Shown: positions 8,652 to 18,073 of the stretch, in pieces
Position numbering within the stretch: the stretch's first letter is position 1
Layout of the letters: each line of letters begins with the position of its first letter
Assembly (NCBI GenBank): GCA_023381695.1
Contig: JAMCQP010000083.1
Span: forward strand, 5,165-69,164
Source: Bacillota bacterium
GTDB lineage: Bacteria; Bacillota; UBA5301; JAMCQP01
Length of the DNA stretch: 64,000 nucleotides
Reading direction: 5' to 3'
The notes under the pieces: generated by a model
Told to the model about the DNA's origin: nothing
What the model saw: the letters and a program-made list of their open reading frames with translations, nothing else
Database searches by the model: none
Program-made: the position numbers and the translations under genes

Positions 8652-10082
8652 ATGCCGGATGTCTTGAAATTTTCCAACGTCGTGAAAGGAGAACCCGTGT
8701 TGTCTGCTGTAGATTCCGAAGAACTTGCCGGGGCAAGCCCGGCTGATATACGTTCCAGGGTGATCAAACTGGCGGGGCCGGCCCTGATGGAGATGCTGCT
8801 TTTAACCACCGTCCAGATGATCGACATGATCATGGTGGGCAGGCTGGGAGCTCCCGCCATCGCCGCTGTTGGGCTGACCAACCAGCCGATCTTTTTTTCT
8901 CTGGCGATCTTTGTGGCGCTCAACGTGGGAACCATGGCCCTGGTCGCCCGGTACGCGGGGGCCAGGGAGCCTGAAAAAGCCAGCGAGGTGGCCAGGCAGA
9001 CCCTGATCATCACCTCCGCCTTCGGGCTGGTGGTGGCTGTGCTGGGGATGATCTTCGCGGAGAAGGTCATGCTTTTCATGGGCGCCCGCCCCGAGGTCCT
9101 GCCGTTGGGGACGGTGTTTTTCAGGATCATCAGCTTCAGCCTGATCTTCAGCACCATCTCCACCAGCGCTTCCGCGGTTCTCAGGGGTTGCGGCGACACC
9201 AGGACCCCCATGAAGGTCAACATGCTGGCCAACCTCCTGGTGATCGCCGGCGACTACCTGTTGATTTACGGGAAGTTCGGCTTTCCCGCTCTGGGCGTGG
9301 CCGGAGCTGGATGGGCGACAGCCGCGGCCCGGATTGTGGCGGCCGCGTTGTTTATCTTCGCGGTTGTGCAGGAGCGTCCCGTCGGGGGCCCAGGCGGCGT
9401 CCGAATCAACCTGGGCGGCCCTTGCCGCCTGAACCTGCCGGTGATCCGCCAGATCGTGAATATCGGCTTTCCCTCGGCGCTGGAACAATTGATTCTGCAG
9501 GGCGGGCTGATTGTCTTCGTGCGGGTGGTGGCGGGGCTGGGGACCACGACATACGCGGCGCACCAGATCGCGTTGAATGTGCTCTCGCTGTCATTTACGC
9601 CGGGCCAGGCTTTTGGGATTGCCGCCACCGCGCTGGTGGGGCAGAATCTGGGCGCCAACCGGCCGGACTGGGCGGAGCAATGTGGGTACGAGACCAGGCG
9701 GCTTGGAACGGCTCTCTGCAGCATCATGGGGTTGGTCTTCATCTTTTTCGGTTCTTACATCGTCCGGCTCTACACCGCCGATCCGGAGGTCATCCGCCAG
9801 GGGGCCATGGCTTTGAAGATCATCGGGGTGGTGCAGCCGGCGCAGTCCTCGCAATTCATCCTGGCAGGCGGCCTCCGGGGGGCGGGGGACACCCGCTGGC
9901 CGCTCATGGCGACGGCCGTCGGCATCTGGGGGATCCGGCTGAGCCTGGCGCACCTGCTGATCTTCGGCCTTCACCTGGGGCTGGAGGGAGCCTGGGTGGC
10001 GATCGCCATCGACCAGTTCAGCAGGTCGTTGCTGATCAGCTATCGCTATCGGACCGGCCGCTGGAAGGAGGCTCTGGTATGA
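8652..10082 (+). CDS. MATE family efflux transporter
   Basis: Typical MATE motifs (IDMIMVGRLG..AIAAVG, LRGCGDTRTPM, LRGAGDTRWP); about 12 TM segments. Confidence 0.93.
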   Translation: MPDVLKFSNVVKGEPVLSAVDSEELAGASPADIRSRVIKLAGPALMEMLLLTTVQMIDMIMVGRLGAPAIAAVGLTNQPIFFSLAIFVALNVGTMALVARYAGAREPEKASEVARQTLIITSAFGLVVAVLGMIFAEKVMLFMGARPEVLPLGTVFFRIISFSLIFSTISTSASAVLRGCGDTRTPMKVNMLANLLVIAGDYLLIYGKFGFPALGVAGAGWATAAARIVAAALFIFAVVQERPVGGPGGVRINLGGPCRLNLPVIRQIVNIGFPSALEQLILQGGLIVFVRVVAGLGTTTYAAHQIALNVLSLSFTPGQAFGIAATALVGQNLGANRPDWAEQCGYETRRLGTALCSIMGLVFIFFGSYIVRLYTADPEVIRQGAMALKIIGVVQPAQSSQFILAGGLRGAGDTRWPLMATAVGIWGIRLSLAHLLIFGLHLGLEGAWVAIAIDQFSRSLLISYRYRTGRWKEALV

Positions 10083-10138
10083 GCGTTCCCGATATGAGCG
10101 TTCCTGTTGTAAGCGTTCCTGTTGGGAGCGTTCCAGCG
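10079..10138 (+). repeat. 4 x 15-bp imperfect tandem repeat at the sfsA start
   Basis: atgagcgttcccgat / atgagcgttcctgtt / gtaagcgttcctgtt / gggagcgttccagcg. Confidence 0.85.
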
Positions 10139-11032
10139 GAGAAAGGGGAAAACGTGCGCGAGAAGGAAAACGGGGTCAGGGTGGAATATGGCGGGCGCCT
10201 TTGCCAGGGGATCTTTCTCGAACGCCCCAACCGGTTTGTCGCCAGGGTGGCGGTAGGTGGCCAGGAGGAGATCGTGCATGTGGCCAACCCGGGCCGGATG
10301 ACGGAGCTTCTGGTTCCCGGCGCCCCGATCTGGCTCGCGGAGAAGGTGGAAAGCGGAGGAAAGGACGCGACGGAAGGAAAGGCCGGCAAGGCCGGGAAAG
10401 CCGCAAAGCCGCGCAAGACCAGGTTTCAACTTGCGCTGGTGGACCACCGGGGGGTGGGACTGATTTCCGTGGATTCCAACCTGCCCAACCGGCTGGTATA
10501 CTCTCTGTTACGAGCGCGGGCCATTCCGGAGTTTGCAGAGTACGATCTGATCGCCAAAGAGGTCAAGTTCGGGCAGAGCCGGTTTGACTTCCGGCTGGAT
10601 CGCACGACGGGCCAGGGAATCCCTTTGGCCGATGACCCGCCGGGCGCAAATGCCGCGGCGCGCTTCCGATTTCGGATGCCATCCTGCTTTCTGGAGGTGA
10701 AGTCCGTCAACCTGGTGGTGGGGCGGGAAGCCCGTTTTCCCGATGCGCCCACCCTGAGGGGAGCCCGGCATCTGGCGGAACTGGCCCGGGCCCGCCGGGA
10801 GGGTTGCCGGGCGGCGGTGCTCTTTGTAATCCAGCGGGACGATCCGGTGTCTTTCGCGCCGCACGTGGAGACGGATCCCGATTTCGGCGAGGCCTTCCGA
10901 AGCGCCCTGGAGGCTGGAGTTGAGGCATATGCCTACACTTGCCGCCTGGATTCGGGCGGGATCAGCCTTGGACACCCGGTGCCGGTGAAGATTCAACCCG
11001 GCGACAGGGACTTCTGGCGCCGGGCCATCTGA
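10079..11032 (+). CDS. sfsA: DNA/RNA nuclease SfsA (alternative start GTG 10154)
   Basis: RPNRF, HVANPGRM.EL, SRFDF, LEVKSV, FPDAPT.RG.RHL motifs, with two low-complexity insertions. Confidence 0.9.
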   Translation: MSVPDMSVPVVSVPVGSVPAEKGENVREKENGVRVEYGGRLCQGIFLERPNRFVARVAVGGQEEIVHVANPGRMTELLVPGAPIWLAEKVESGGKDATEGKAGKAGKAAKPRKTRFQLALVDHRGVGLISVDSNLPNRLVYSLLRARAIPEFAEYDLIAKEVKFGQSRFDFRLDRTTGQGIPLADDPPGANAAARFRFRMPSCFLEVKSVNLVVGREARFPDAPTLRGARHLAELARARREGCRAAVLFVIQRDDPVSFAPHVETDPDFGEAFRSALEAGVEAYAYTCRLDSGGISLGHPVPVKIQPGDRDFWRRAI

Positions 11033-11045
11033 TTTCATCCAGGGA

Positions 11046-11075
11046 TTTTAAGCTTTGGCAAAAACGGAAAGACTA
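11046..11075 (+). promoter_or_regulatory. sigmaF-like promoter
   Basis: TTTTA-N15-GGAAAGACTA versus sigmaF consensus GYWTA-N15-GGnrAnAnTA, upstream of the YIEGIA gene. Confidence 0.4.
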
Positions 11076-11133
11076 TCCCCGCACCTCTTCGGGATGACGC
11101 GCGGAATTTCGCAGGTGCGGGGATGGGTATTTT

Positions 11134-12051
11134 ATGGACAAATTTGTGATGCCGGTGGTGCTGGGGGTATTTCTGGGCACCTACGCGCGCCTTCATCTGC
11201 TGCGGGTGGACTTCCGCCAGTATCCAAGCTACCCGCAGGGGTACACCGTCCACCTGTTTCTGGGGTTTGTGGCGGCCTCCATGGGAGCGGTGGCCATTCC
11301 GGCCCTGGTGGCCAAACATTACGAGGCGGTGACCTTCCTGGCGCTGGCCCTGCAGCAATTCCGGGAGGTGCGGCGGGTGGAACGCGAGACCCTGGAGAAG
11401 CTGGAGGAGACCGAGCTTGTCCCCCGGGGGACGGCGTACGTGGAGGGGATCGCCAAGGTGTTTGAGGCGCGCAATTACCTGGCGGTTCTCACGGCTTTAG
11501 TGGCCAGCGGCCTGGCCTTCTTCCTGCCGTTTGGCGCCCTCGCCCGGGGTGCAATTGCGGCGGCGGGGGGGCTGGTGACCATCTTTTTACTGGAAAAGTC
11601 CATGGAGGGGGGTGTGGTGAGCTCCCTCGCCAGGATCAACCCGGCGCCGCTCGAGTTTAGAGGACCGCAGCTTTTTGTGGAGGATACTTTTGTGATGAAC
11701 GTGGGCTTGCGGGAGTCCAGGGAGATCATACTCAAACACGGCCTGGGAGCCATTATTGAACCCGTGGACCCCAACGCCCGGGCCACCCTTTCCAACATCG
11801 GGCAAAGGCAAGCCATCGTGCACGATCTGGCGACCATTCTTGGGGTGCGCAAGGACCTGGACGAGCCGGAATTTACGCCCATCGCCCGGCTGAACCACGA
11901 AAACGGGCACATCGGCGTGGTGATCGTCCCGATGGCCAGGGATGAGGAGGCCCTTAAAATGGCGATCCAGCGGGTGCCGGTGATCGAAAGCGCCAAGCGC
12001 CGGCCGTTGGAGGCCATTGCCGGCAAGGAAGCCTATAAACGGGCCAGGTAG
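11134..12051 (+). CDS. YIEGIA family membrane protein (SeaA/YphB-like, sporulation associated)
   Basis: RQYPSYPQG and YVEGIAKVFEARNY signature motifs. Confidence 0.88.
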   Translation: MDKFVMPVVLGVFLGTYARLHLLRVDFRQYPSYPQGYTVHLFLGFVAASMGAVAIPALVAKHYEAVTFLALALQQFREVRRVERETLEKLEETELVPRGTAYVEGIAKVFEARNYLAVLTALVASGLAFFLPFGALARGAIAAAGGLVTIFLLEKSMEGGVVSSLARINPAPLEFRGPQLFVEDTFVMNVGLRESREIILKHGLGAIIEPVDPNARATLSNIGQRQAIVHDLATILGVRKDLDEPEFTPIARLNHENGHIGVVIVPMARDEEALKMAIQRVPVIESAKRRPLEAIAGKEAYKRAR

Positions 12052-12126
12052 GTTCTGGCCTTGTATCGGACCGCGGCGATGAATCCGGGGATAGAGCACA
12101 AAGAACGTACAAAGGGGGCTGAAGAA

Positions 12127-12318
12127 TTGGGGGGCCCATTTGAGGAAGAGATTATGGCGGTGGTGACCACCGACAAGGACTATGTCGGCGGCGACGTGCC
12201 GATCTTTTTTGCCCGGGACGAGGCGGAAAAGGAGCAGGTGGCCCTGACGCTCAGCCGGATCTTGCGAGCGATGGTCCACGAACTGGCCACGGGGGTATAT
12301 GTAATCGTCAGGCACTGA
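12127..12318 (+). CDS. Small YIEGIA-associated protein (YpzH-like)
   Basis: 63 aa, IMAVVTT...GGDVPIF...VHEL..GVYVIVRH, directly downstream of the YIEGIA gene; TTG start after AAAGGGGG. Confidence 0.75.
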   Translation: MGGPFEEEIMAVVTTDKDYVGGDVPIFFARDEAEKEQVALTLSRILRAMVHELATGVYVIVRH

Positions 12319-12334
12319 TCTCCGGCGCAAATTC

Positions 12335-13675
12335 TCAGGCGTTAAAGGATTCCGCCTGCCCCGCGCCGGCTTTGGTCTTTCCGAGCAGCCAGACCACGGC
12401 GAAGGCGCCCGCCCCCAGCGACCGCAGGGCGGTTGCCACGTAGAAAGAGACGTAGATGCTGGACACGTTCATGATCCAGACGCCCACCTGGGGGGCGATG
12501 AAGCCTGAGATGCCGATGGCGGTCTGGTAGATCGCCATGTAGGTGGCGCGGCGGGTCTCGGGGGTTACTTCCAGCATCCGGTTGAAGAGGAGCAGGGTGA
12601 TCCCCGCCACGGCGACGCCGATCCACAGGTTGGCCGCCGCCAGGTAGTAGAGATTCATCGAAAAGGTATAGATCAGCGTCGCCGAGGCGATGGCCAGGGC
12701 CGCAAAGATCAGGGTGTAGGCCGTGCCCCTGGTTTCGGACCATCGGCTCCACAGGCGGAAGGTGGCCATGGACATCAGGCTGTTGCACAGGGTGAAGATG
12801 CTGATCCACATGGCGGTGGCGTGGGCGTTCTCGATCTGGTAGATGTTGAAGAGCGGCCAGGCCATCTGCCATCCGAAATGAAAGGCAAACGAGCTCACCA
12901 GGAAATAGATGAAGGGGCGGTTGCCCAGGATCTCCCTGGCGGCGGCGAGCCGGGTGCTTCGTTCCCCGGTTGGCATGGCGGAACGGTTCGGCACGGCGGA
13001 ACGGTTCGGAATAACGGTGGAAATGACGGGCCGGGACAAGGTTTTCCCCGAAAGATCCGGCTCCACATGCAGGTAGATGTAGTAGACCTCCAGCAACGCA
13101 AGGAAGAAGGCCAGCGTGAAGAAGGCCTGGTAAGGGCCGGGGCTGTCCTTCGGGAACTGCTCCAGGATTATGCCGGAAAACAGGGTGGTGATCAGGCCCG
13201 CAAAGGTCGTGATCCGGTTGCGATCTCCGAAGAACCGGTTCCGTTCCGGTTCGGGGATCAGTGAGGCGATAAAGGCCTGCCAGGCCAGCACCGCCACCGA
13301 GGTCGGGAAGTTCATGAGCGCCACCAGGATTACCAGCCAGGCGGCCTGATCCCGGACGGGCAGGAAGGGGACCAGCGCGATCAGCAGGTAGAACAACCGT
13401 CCGGACAGGATGCTCATGCCGGTAAAGTGTTTCTTCCGGGCCAGCCGGTCGATGATCCTGGCGCCGGGCAGGAGGGCCAGAATTCCCATCAAAGCGGGCA
13501 AGGACGAGAGTAAAGCCACCTGCTGATGGGTGGCTTTCAGCACCTCGATGGCAAAGAGCGGGATAAACGGGGTGATCAGGTTGTTGGCGACAATGGCGCA
13601 GACGCCGTTGTAACAGCTGTACTTGACATTGGTGGTCAGGTGCTGGTACAAAGCCTCGCTGTTCCGTTCGGTCAT
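12335..13675 (-). CDS. MFS transporter
   Basis: About 12 TM segments in MFS-like arrangement; 18-bp duplication (PNRSAV/PNRSAM) in the central loop. Confidence 0.88.
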   Translation of the reverse strand: MTERNSEALYQHLTTNVKYSCYNGVCAIVANNLITPFIPLFAIEVLKATHQQVALLSSLPALMGILALLPGARIIDRLARKKHFTGMSILSGRLFYLLIALVPFLPVRDQAAWLVILVALMNFPTSVAVLAWQAFIASLIPEPERNRFFGDRNRITTFAGLITTLFSGIILEQFPKDSPGPYQAFFTLAFFLALLEVYYIYLHVEPDLSGKTLSRPVISTVIPNRSAVPNRSAMPTGERSTRLAAAREILGNRPFIYFLVSSFAFHFGWQMAWPLFNIYQIENAHATAMWISIFTLCNSLMSMATFRLWSRWSETRGTAYTLIFAALAIASATLIYTFSMNLYYLAAANLWIGVAVAGITLLLFNRMLEVTPETRRATYMAIYQTAIGISGFIAPQVGVWIMNVSSIYVSFYVATALRSLGAGAFAVVWLLGKTKAGAGQAESFNA

Positions 13676-13724
13676 TTCAAAGGCACCTCAAAGACTAATT
13701 CGCCGTTGCGGAACAGCTTCCTTC

Positions 13725-14942
13725 TTATTCGAAGCGGAGGGATTCAATGGGATCCAGCCGCGCGGCCTTGTTGGCCGGGTAAATTCCAAAGAAGATCCCG
13801 ACGCCTGCCGCAAAGCCAAAGGCAATCGCGATGGCGGCTGGAGAGATCAGGGTCCGCCACTGGCCGACCCTGGAGAGGAGCATCGAGCCAGTGATTCCCG
13901 CCAGGATGCCCACCAGGCCTCCCGAGGTGCTCAGAGTAACAGATTCGATGAGAAACTGGGTCAGGATGTGAACCCGCCGGGCCCCGACGGCCTTTCGCAC
14001 CCCGATTTCACGGGTTCGCTCCGTCACGGAGACCAGCATGATGTTCATGATCCCGATCCCGCCCACCAGGAGCGAAATGCCGGTAATCCCCGCCAGAAGA
14101 AGGGTGAAGGTCCGGGTGGTTCCCTCCAGGGTGGAGAGGATCTCCTGCTGGTTGCGGATCATGAACTTATCCGGGGAATCCTTTCGGGGCAATAGCACCG
14201 CTTCCACCTCGCGCGCGGCCAGATCCGTGACCTCCGCGGCCTTGGCCTGGATATAGATGGCCCGGATGGTGTCTTTCCCGGTGAGGCGCTTTTGCGCGGT
14301 GGTGAACGGCACAAAAACCTGGTCGCCCAGATCGTTCATTCCCTGGGTCTTCTCTTCCATGACACCGATCACCGTAAAGGTGACGATGCCGATCCGGATC
14401 TCCTGGCCGAGAGGATCTTGCCCCCCGAAGAGATCGGAGGCCACGGTCTGCCCCAGCACCGCCACCCGGGTCATATTCTGGAGATCATAGGCCGAGATGA
14501 AGCGACCCTCCTTGACGTGAAAGCTGCGGACCTCGGGATACTCGGGCGTGGTGCCCACGATGGTGGTGGTGGTATTGTTCGGCCCGAAGCGGATCACCCC
14601 GGCGCGGGTGGCTTCCACCGTGAGTTTGTCCACATCCGGCAGGTTGGCCTCCTGGATGGCCTCCGCGTCGGCGTAGCTCAAAAGGTCTCCCGCGCCCCGG
14701 GCGGTGGCGGCGCCTCCCGGCCGGCCGGCCGCCCGTCCCGGCGTGACGATGAGCATATTCGAACCAAGTTGGCCGATCCGGTCCTCCACCGAGGCCTGCG
14801 CGCCCTGCCCCACGGAGACCATGGCCACCACGGCGGAGACGCCGATGATCACCCCCAGCATGGTGAGGAAGGAACGAAGTTTGTTGGCTCTCAGGCTGGA
14901 AAAGGCCATTTTGATGCTCTCCACCAGGTTTAGATCGGACAT
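13725..14942 (-). CDS. MacB/FtsX-like ABC transporter permease (no fused ATPase)
   Basis: ANKLRSFLTMLGVIIG, GGIGIMNIMLVSVTERTREIG and PANKAARLDPIESLR motifs. Confidence 0.93.
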   Translation of the reverse strand: MSDLNLVESIKMAFSSLRANKLRSFLTMLGVIIGVSAVVAMVSVGQGAQASVEDRIGQLGSNMLIVTPGRAAGRPGGAATARGAGDLLSYADAEAIQEANLPDVDKLTVEATRAGVIRFGPNNTTTTIVGTTPEYPEVRSFHVKEGRFISAYDLQNMTRVAVLGQTVASDLFGGQDPLGQEIRIGIVTFTVIGVMEEKTQGMNDLGDQVFVPFTTAQKRLTGKDTIRAIYIQAKAAEVTDLAAREVEAVLLPRKDSPDKFMIRNQQEILSTLEGTTRTFTLLLAGITGISLLVGGIGIMNIMLVSVTERTREIGVRKAVGARRVHILTQFLIESVTLSTSGGLVGILAGITGSMLLSRVGQWRTLISPAAIAIAFGFAAGVGIFFGIYPANKAARLDPIESLRFE

Positions 14943-14987
14943 GCTGATTCCACCTCAAATCGGGTTTCCCCTGAGAAGTCCCATCTT

Positions 14988-16382
14988 CTAACGATTGCCC
15001 CTGGCGCTCCCGGCGCCTCTGCTGGCCCCACCGCCCCCGCTCGTTCGCCTGGGGCGTTGCGGGTTGCCGCCTCCCGGTAGCAGGTTGCCGCCGAGCTTGC
15101 CCATGCTGTTGCCGTTCTGGTAGAACCTTCGCGTTGGCTCTGCGCCGTTGAGGCCGGAATTGGCCGGCAGAAGGAACGCCACCTCCTCGCCTTCTTTCAG
15201 CCCGCTGGTGATCTCTACGACCCTTTCATTGCGCAGCCCTGCTTCCACGGGGCGAAGGGTGGTCTTATCGCCGGCCTTGACTTTGACAAAAGCACGGTTT
15301 CCTTGGTCCTGGATGGCCTCCACGGGAACCAGCAAGGCATCGTCCTTCTTGGCCACGAGGATGCGCACGTCCGCGGTCATCCCCGATTTGAGAAACTTCC
15401 TGGCATTGTCCAGTTCCACGGTGACCTGGTAGGTGACGATATTGTCCTGGACTGTGGCATCTTCGGCGATCTGTACCACCTTTCCCGGGAAGAACTTGCC
15501 GGGAAGAGCGTCCAATGACACCAGCGCCTGCTGCCCCACCCGGGTCCTGGCGATGTCCACTTCGTTGATGTTGACCAGGGCCTTCATTTGGCGCAAATCC
15601 GCAAGGGTCGCCATAATGCTGTTGGCGTTCACCAGTTCGTACGGCTGGACGTTAAGGCTGATCACGGTGCCGGTCATGGGGGCCGTAATGGCTGTTTCCT
15701 CAAGTTGCCGCCGGGCGTCCACAAGCTCTGCCCTGGCTCCTTCGACCTCCGCCCTGGCGGCCTGGACATCCTCCGACCGCGAAGGCATCTTCAATTGGGC
15801 GAGCTTCTCCCTGGCGGAGGTATACTGAAGCTCGGCGATCCGTGCCTGCTCGGAGGCTTGATCAAGTTGTTGTTTGGTGGCGGCGCCCGCGGAGAACAGT
15901 TGCTGTTTGTCGGCCAGATCGGTTTTGGCGCTCTCCCAGTTGATCTCCGCCTGGCGCATGGCTGCCTCGGCCTGGTTGATCTCCTGGGGGGTGGTGGGAT
16001 CTTCCAATTTGGCCAGCTTGGCCTCCGCCTGCAGCAGGGCGGTCTGGGCCTGCCTGACTTTAAGTTGCGCGTCGCCGGGATCCAGCTTTACCAGGAGATC
16101 GCCGGCTTTCACCGTGGCGCCGGGTTCAACCGGAACCCTTTCCACTTTGCCGCCATACCGGGTGCGCACTTCCAGTTTGGCCTCCGGCGCCATCACCCCC
16201 AGTGCCGAAACCGCCTCCACAATTTGCCCTTTCGAAACCTTGACGAAGCGGATCACCTCGGTTTCCTTGGTGGCCGCACTCTGATCTTTGGCGGCCTGGA
16301 GGCGCGTGAAGCCCCAGCCAGCCGCAATCAGCGCCAATAATAGCACAAGACTGGTTACTTTCCACTGCTTTTTGATATTCAT
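14988..16382 (-). CDS. Efflux periplasmic adaptor / membrane fusion protein (MacA/HlyD-like)
   Basis: N-terminal anchor, lipoyl halves (V.PGATVKAGDLL; ITAPMTGTV), long helical hairpin, SGLKEGEEV. Confidence 0.92.
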   Translation of the reverse strand: MNIKKQWKVTSLVLLLALIAAGWGFTRLQAAKDQSAATKETEVIRFVKVSKGQIVEAVSALGVMAPEAKLEVRTRYGGKVERVPVEPGATVKAGDLLVKLDPGDAQLKVRQAQTALLQAEAKLAKLEDPTTPQEINQAEAAMRQAEINWESAKTDLADKQQLFSAGAATKQQLDQASEQARIAELQYTSAREKLAQLKMPSRSEDVQAARAEVEGARAELVDARRQLEETAITAPMTGTVISLNVQPYELVNANSIMATLADLRQMKALVNINEVDIARTRVGQQALVSLDALPGKFFPGKVVQIAEDATVQDNIVTYQVTVELDNARKFLKSGMTADVRILVAKKDDALLVPVEAIQDQGNRAFVKVKAGDKTTLRPVEAGLRNERVVEITSGLKEGEEVAFLLPANSGLNGAEPTRRFYQNGNSMGKLGGNLLPGGGNPQRPRRTSGGGGASRGAGSARGNR

Positions 16383-17902
16383 GAGCCATCCCCCACATTT
16401 TTCGGGAGTTCAACTTGCGGGAGTTCCACCCCGAAATTTCTTGAAATGTCCAAATTGCCCGTTGCTCGCCGGAAAGCGGCCTCAGCCGCCAATTCATCCA
16501 GTTGGGCGTCTTTATAGTCGTTTTGGGCGGTAAGCAGGGCCAGCTCGGCGTCAAACAGGTCCGAGGCGGTCTTTTCCCCCACGCGATATTGGGCGGAGAC
16601 CACCTTGAGGTTCTCTTCGGCCTCGGTTCTGGCTGCCTCCAGCGCGGGCAGGTGGCTCTGGGCTTCCAAAAGGGCGTCGTGGTTCCGGCGAACATCTTGC
16701 GCCACAGTGTCTTCCGTCTGGTGCAGGTTTGTTTCTGATTGGGATACAGCCAGATCCGCTTCTCGCAGGCCGCTCCTGGCAGATCCCCCGTCGAAGAGGT
16801 TCCAGCTTACTCCCAGGGTCACCGCCCAATCCTGGGGGTCCTGGGGAGCCCTGGTACTTCCGGTGCCGGAGAGGTTGCTCCCTTTGGAAAGGTCGGTGTT
16901 CAGGTTCCAGTCTTTCGTTTCCAGGGAAAGGCTGCCATTCAGGCCATCGAGGTTGTCATATTTACCGGTCAGGGTGAATCCCGGCCAGGCCTGCGCCCTT
17001 GCCTGGCTGGCCTTGATTTTGGCCTGCTGCCAGGCGATCTTGCCCAGGGCGATCTCGCGGCGTTTGTCCAGGGCGGAGGCCGTCTCCTTTTGCAGGTCCA
17101 AAGAGGCCTGAGCGCCGGCGCCACCGGTATTGCCGGCAAAAAACCCGGGCGACAGGTTGGGCGCCAGCTCCAGGGGCTGATCCGCCGGGTAACCCAGGAG
17201 AAGGTTGAACCCGACTCGGGCCTCTTTCAAGGCGTTTTCGGCCCGGAGGAGGTTGTACCTGGCAGTGGCCAGTTGGGTCTGCATCTTGAGAAGATCGACT
17301 TTGAGGATCGTTCCCTGTTCAAATTTGGCCTGGGCCTGTGAAAGATACGTCTGCGCTTTTTCCACCGACTTTTGGCCGAGGGACAGGTCGTTTTCGGCTT
17401 TCAGAACTTCTATGTACCTGGAGATTACGTCCATCACCAGGGTCTCCAGATCTTTTTGAAATTGAGCTTCGGCGGAGCGCAGGTCGAACCGGGCTAGAGC
17501 GCTGCTCACGCCCGCCTGGCCCGATAATCCCGGCTCGACGCCCAGCCCGGAGATCAGCGGGCTCAGGCTTTGCTGGATCTTGAGCGAGAGCGCGTATTCG
17601 TCGGTTTGCACCCAGGATTGATGGGAGGAGGTGTCTGGCAACCTCCCGCCGTAGGACTTGCTGGCTCCCACATCAAGCGAAGGAAACAATGTTGCTTGAC
17701 CCTGCTGCAACCTGGCCTCGGCAAGCTGGAGCTTTTGCCGGGCCAGAAGAGCGGCGGGGCTCTGCCGCACCGCAATCCGGATGGACTCCCTCAGTTCCAA
17801 TGGCGTTCCGGCCCACGCCGGCCAGCTGGTGGACGCTGCCGCGGCGCTGAAGATCAGACCCCAGATCAAGCCGCGGCGATAACGGCAACTGTTTCGCACC
17901 AC
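16379..17902 (-). CDS. TolC family outer membrane efflux protein
   Basis: Signal peptide ending AWA; two OEP-like repeats (FPSLDV...; WPGFTL...VSWNLFDGG); helical regions with YRVG..T..DLFDAE. Confidence 0.85.
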   Translation of the reverse strand: MVRNSCRYRRGLIWGLIFSAAAASTSWPAWAGTPLELRESIRIAVRQSPAALLARQKLQLAEARLQQGQATLFPSLDVGASKSYGGRLPDTSSHQSWVQTDEYALSLKIQQSLSPLISGLGVEPGLSGQAGVSSALARFDLRSAEAQFQKDLETLVMDVISRYIEVLKAENDLSLGQKSVEKAQTYLSQAQAKFEQGTILKVDLLKMQTQLATARYNLLRAENALKEARVGFNLLLGYPADQPLELAPNLSPGFFAGNTGGAGAQASLDLQKETASALDKRREIALGKIAWQQAKIKASQARAQAWPGFTLTGKYDNLDGLNGSLSLETKDWNLNTDLSKGSNLSGTGSTRAPQDPQDWAVTLGVSWNLFDGGSARSGLREADLAVSQSETNLHQTEDTVAQDVRRNHDALLEAQSHLPALEAARTEAEENLKVVSAQYRVGEKTASDLFDAELALLTAQNDYKDAQLDELAAEAAFRRATGNLDISRNFGVELPQVELPKNVGDGS

Positions 17903-17965
17903 GATCCCTCACAATAATGCTCGTTTAAGCCAGAATTCTTTGACGCCGCTTTATTAACCTTCTTG

Positions 17966-18020
17966 ATCGTAACATCCAATTATGTCCAGATTATGAAAAG
18001 ATCTTGAAAAAATCGTGAAG
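17966..18020 (-). promoter_or_regulatory. Activator-dependent promoter with four 11-bp-period direct repeats
   Basis: On the + strand ATGTCC, ATGAAA, TTGAAA and GTGAAG at 17982, 17993, 18004 and 18015; minus-strand extended -10 TGnTACGAT at 17974-17966. Confidence 0.6.
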
Positions 18021-18073
18021 CGTCGAATGCCTCGTCGCCGGCGCCTTATCGCGGGAACCTTATCACCAGGGCC

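Noticed and set aside
9188..10078. Apparent 614-aa ORF suggesting a long N-terminal fusion to SfsA
   Set aside because: The extension is an off-frame shadow of the MATE gene; SfsA motifs start only after 10079.
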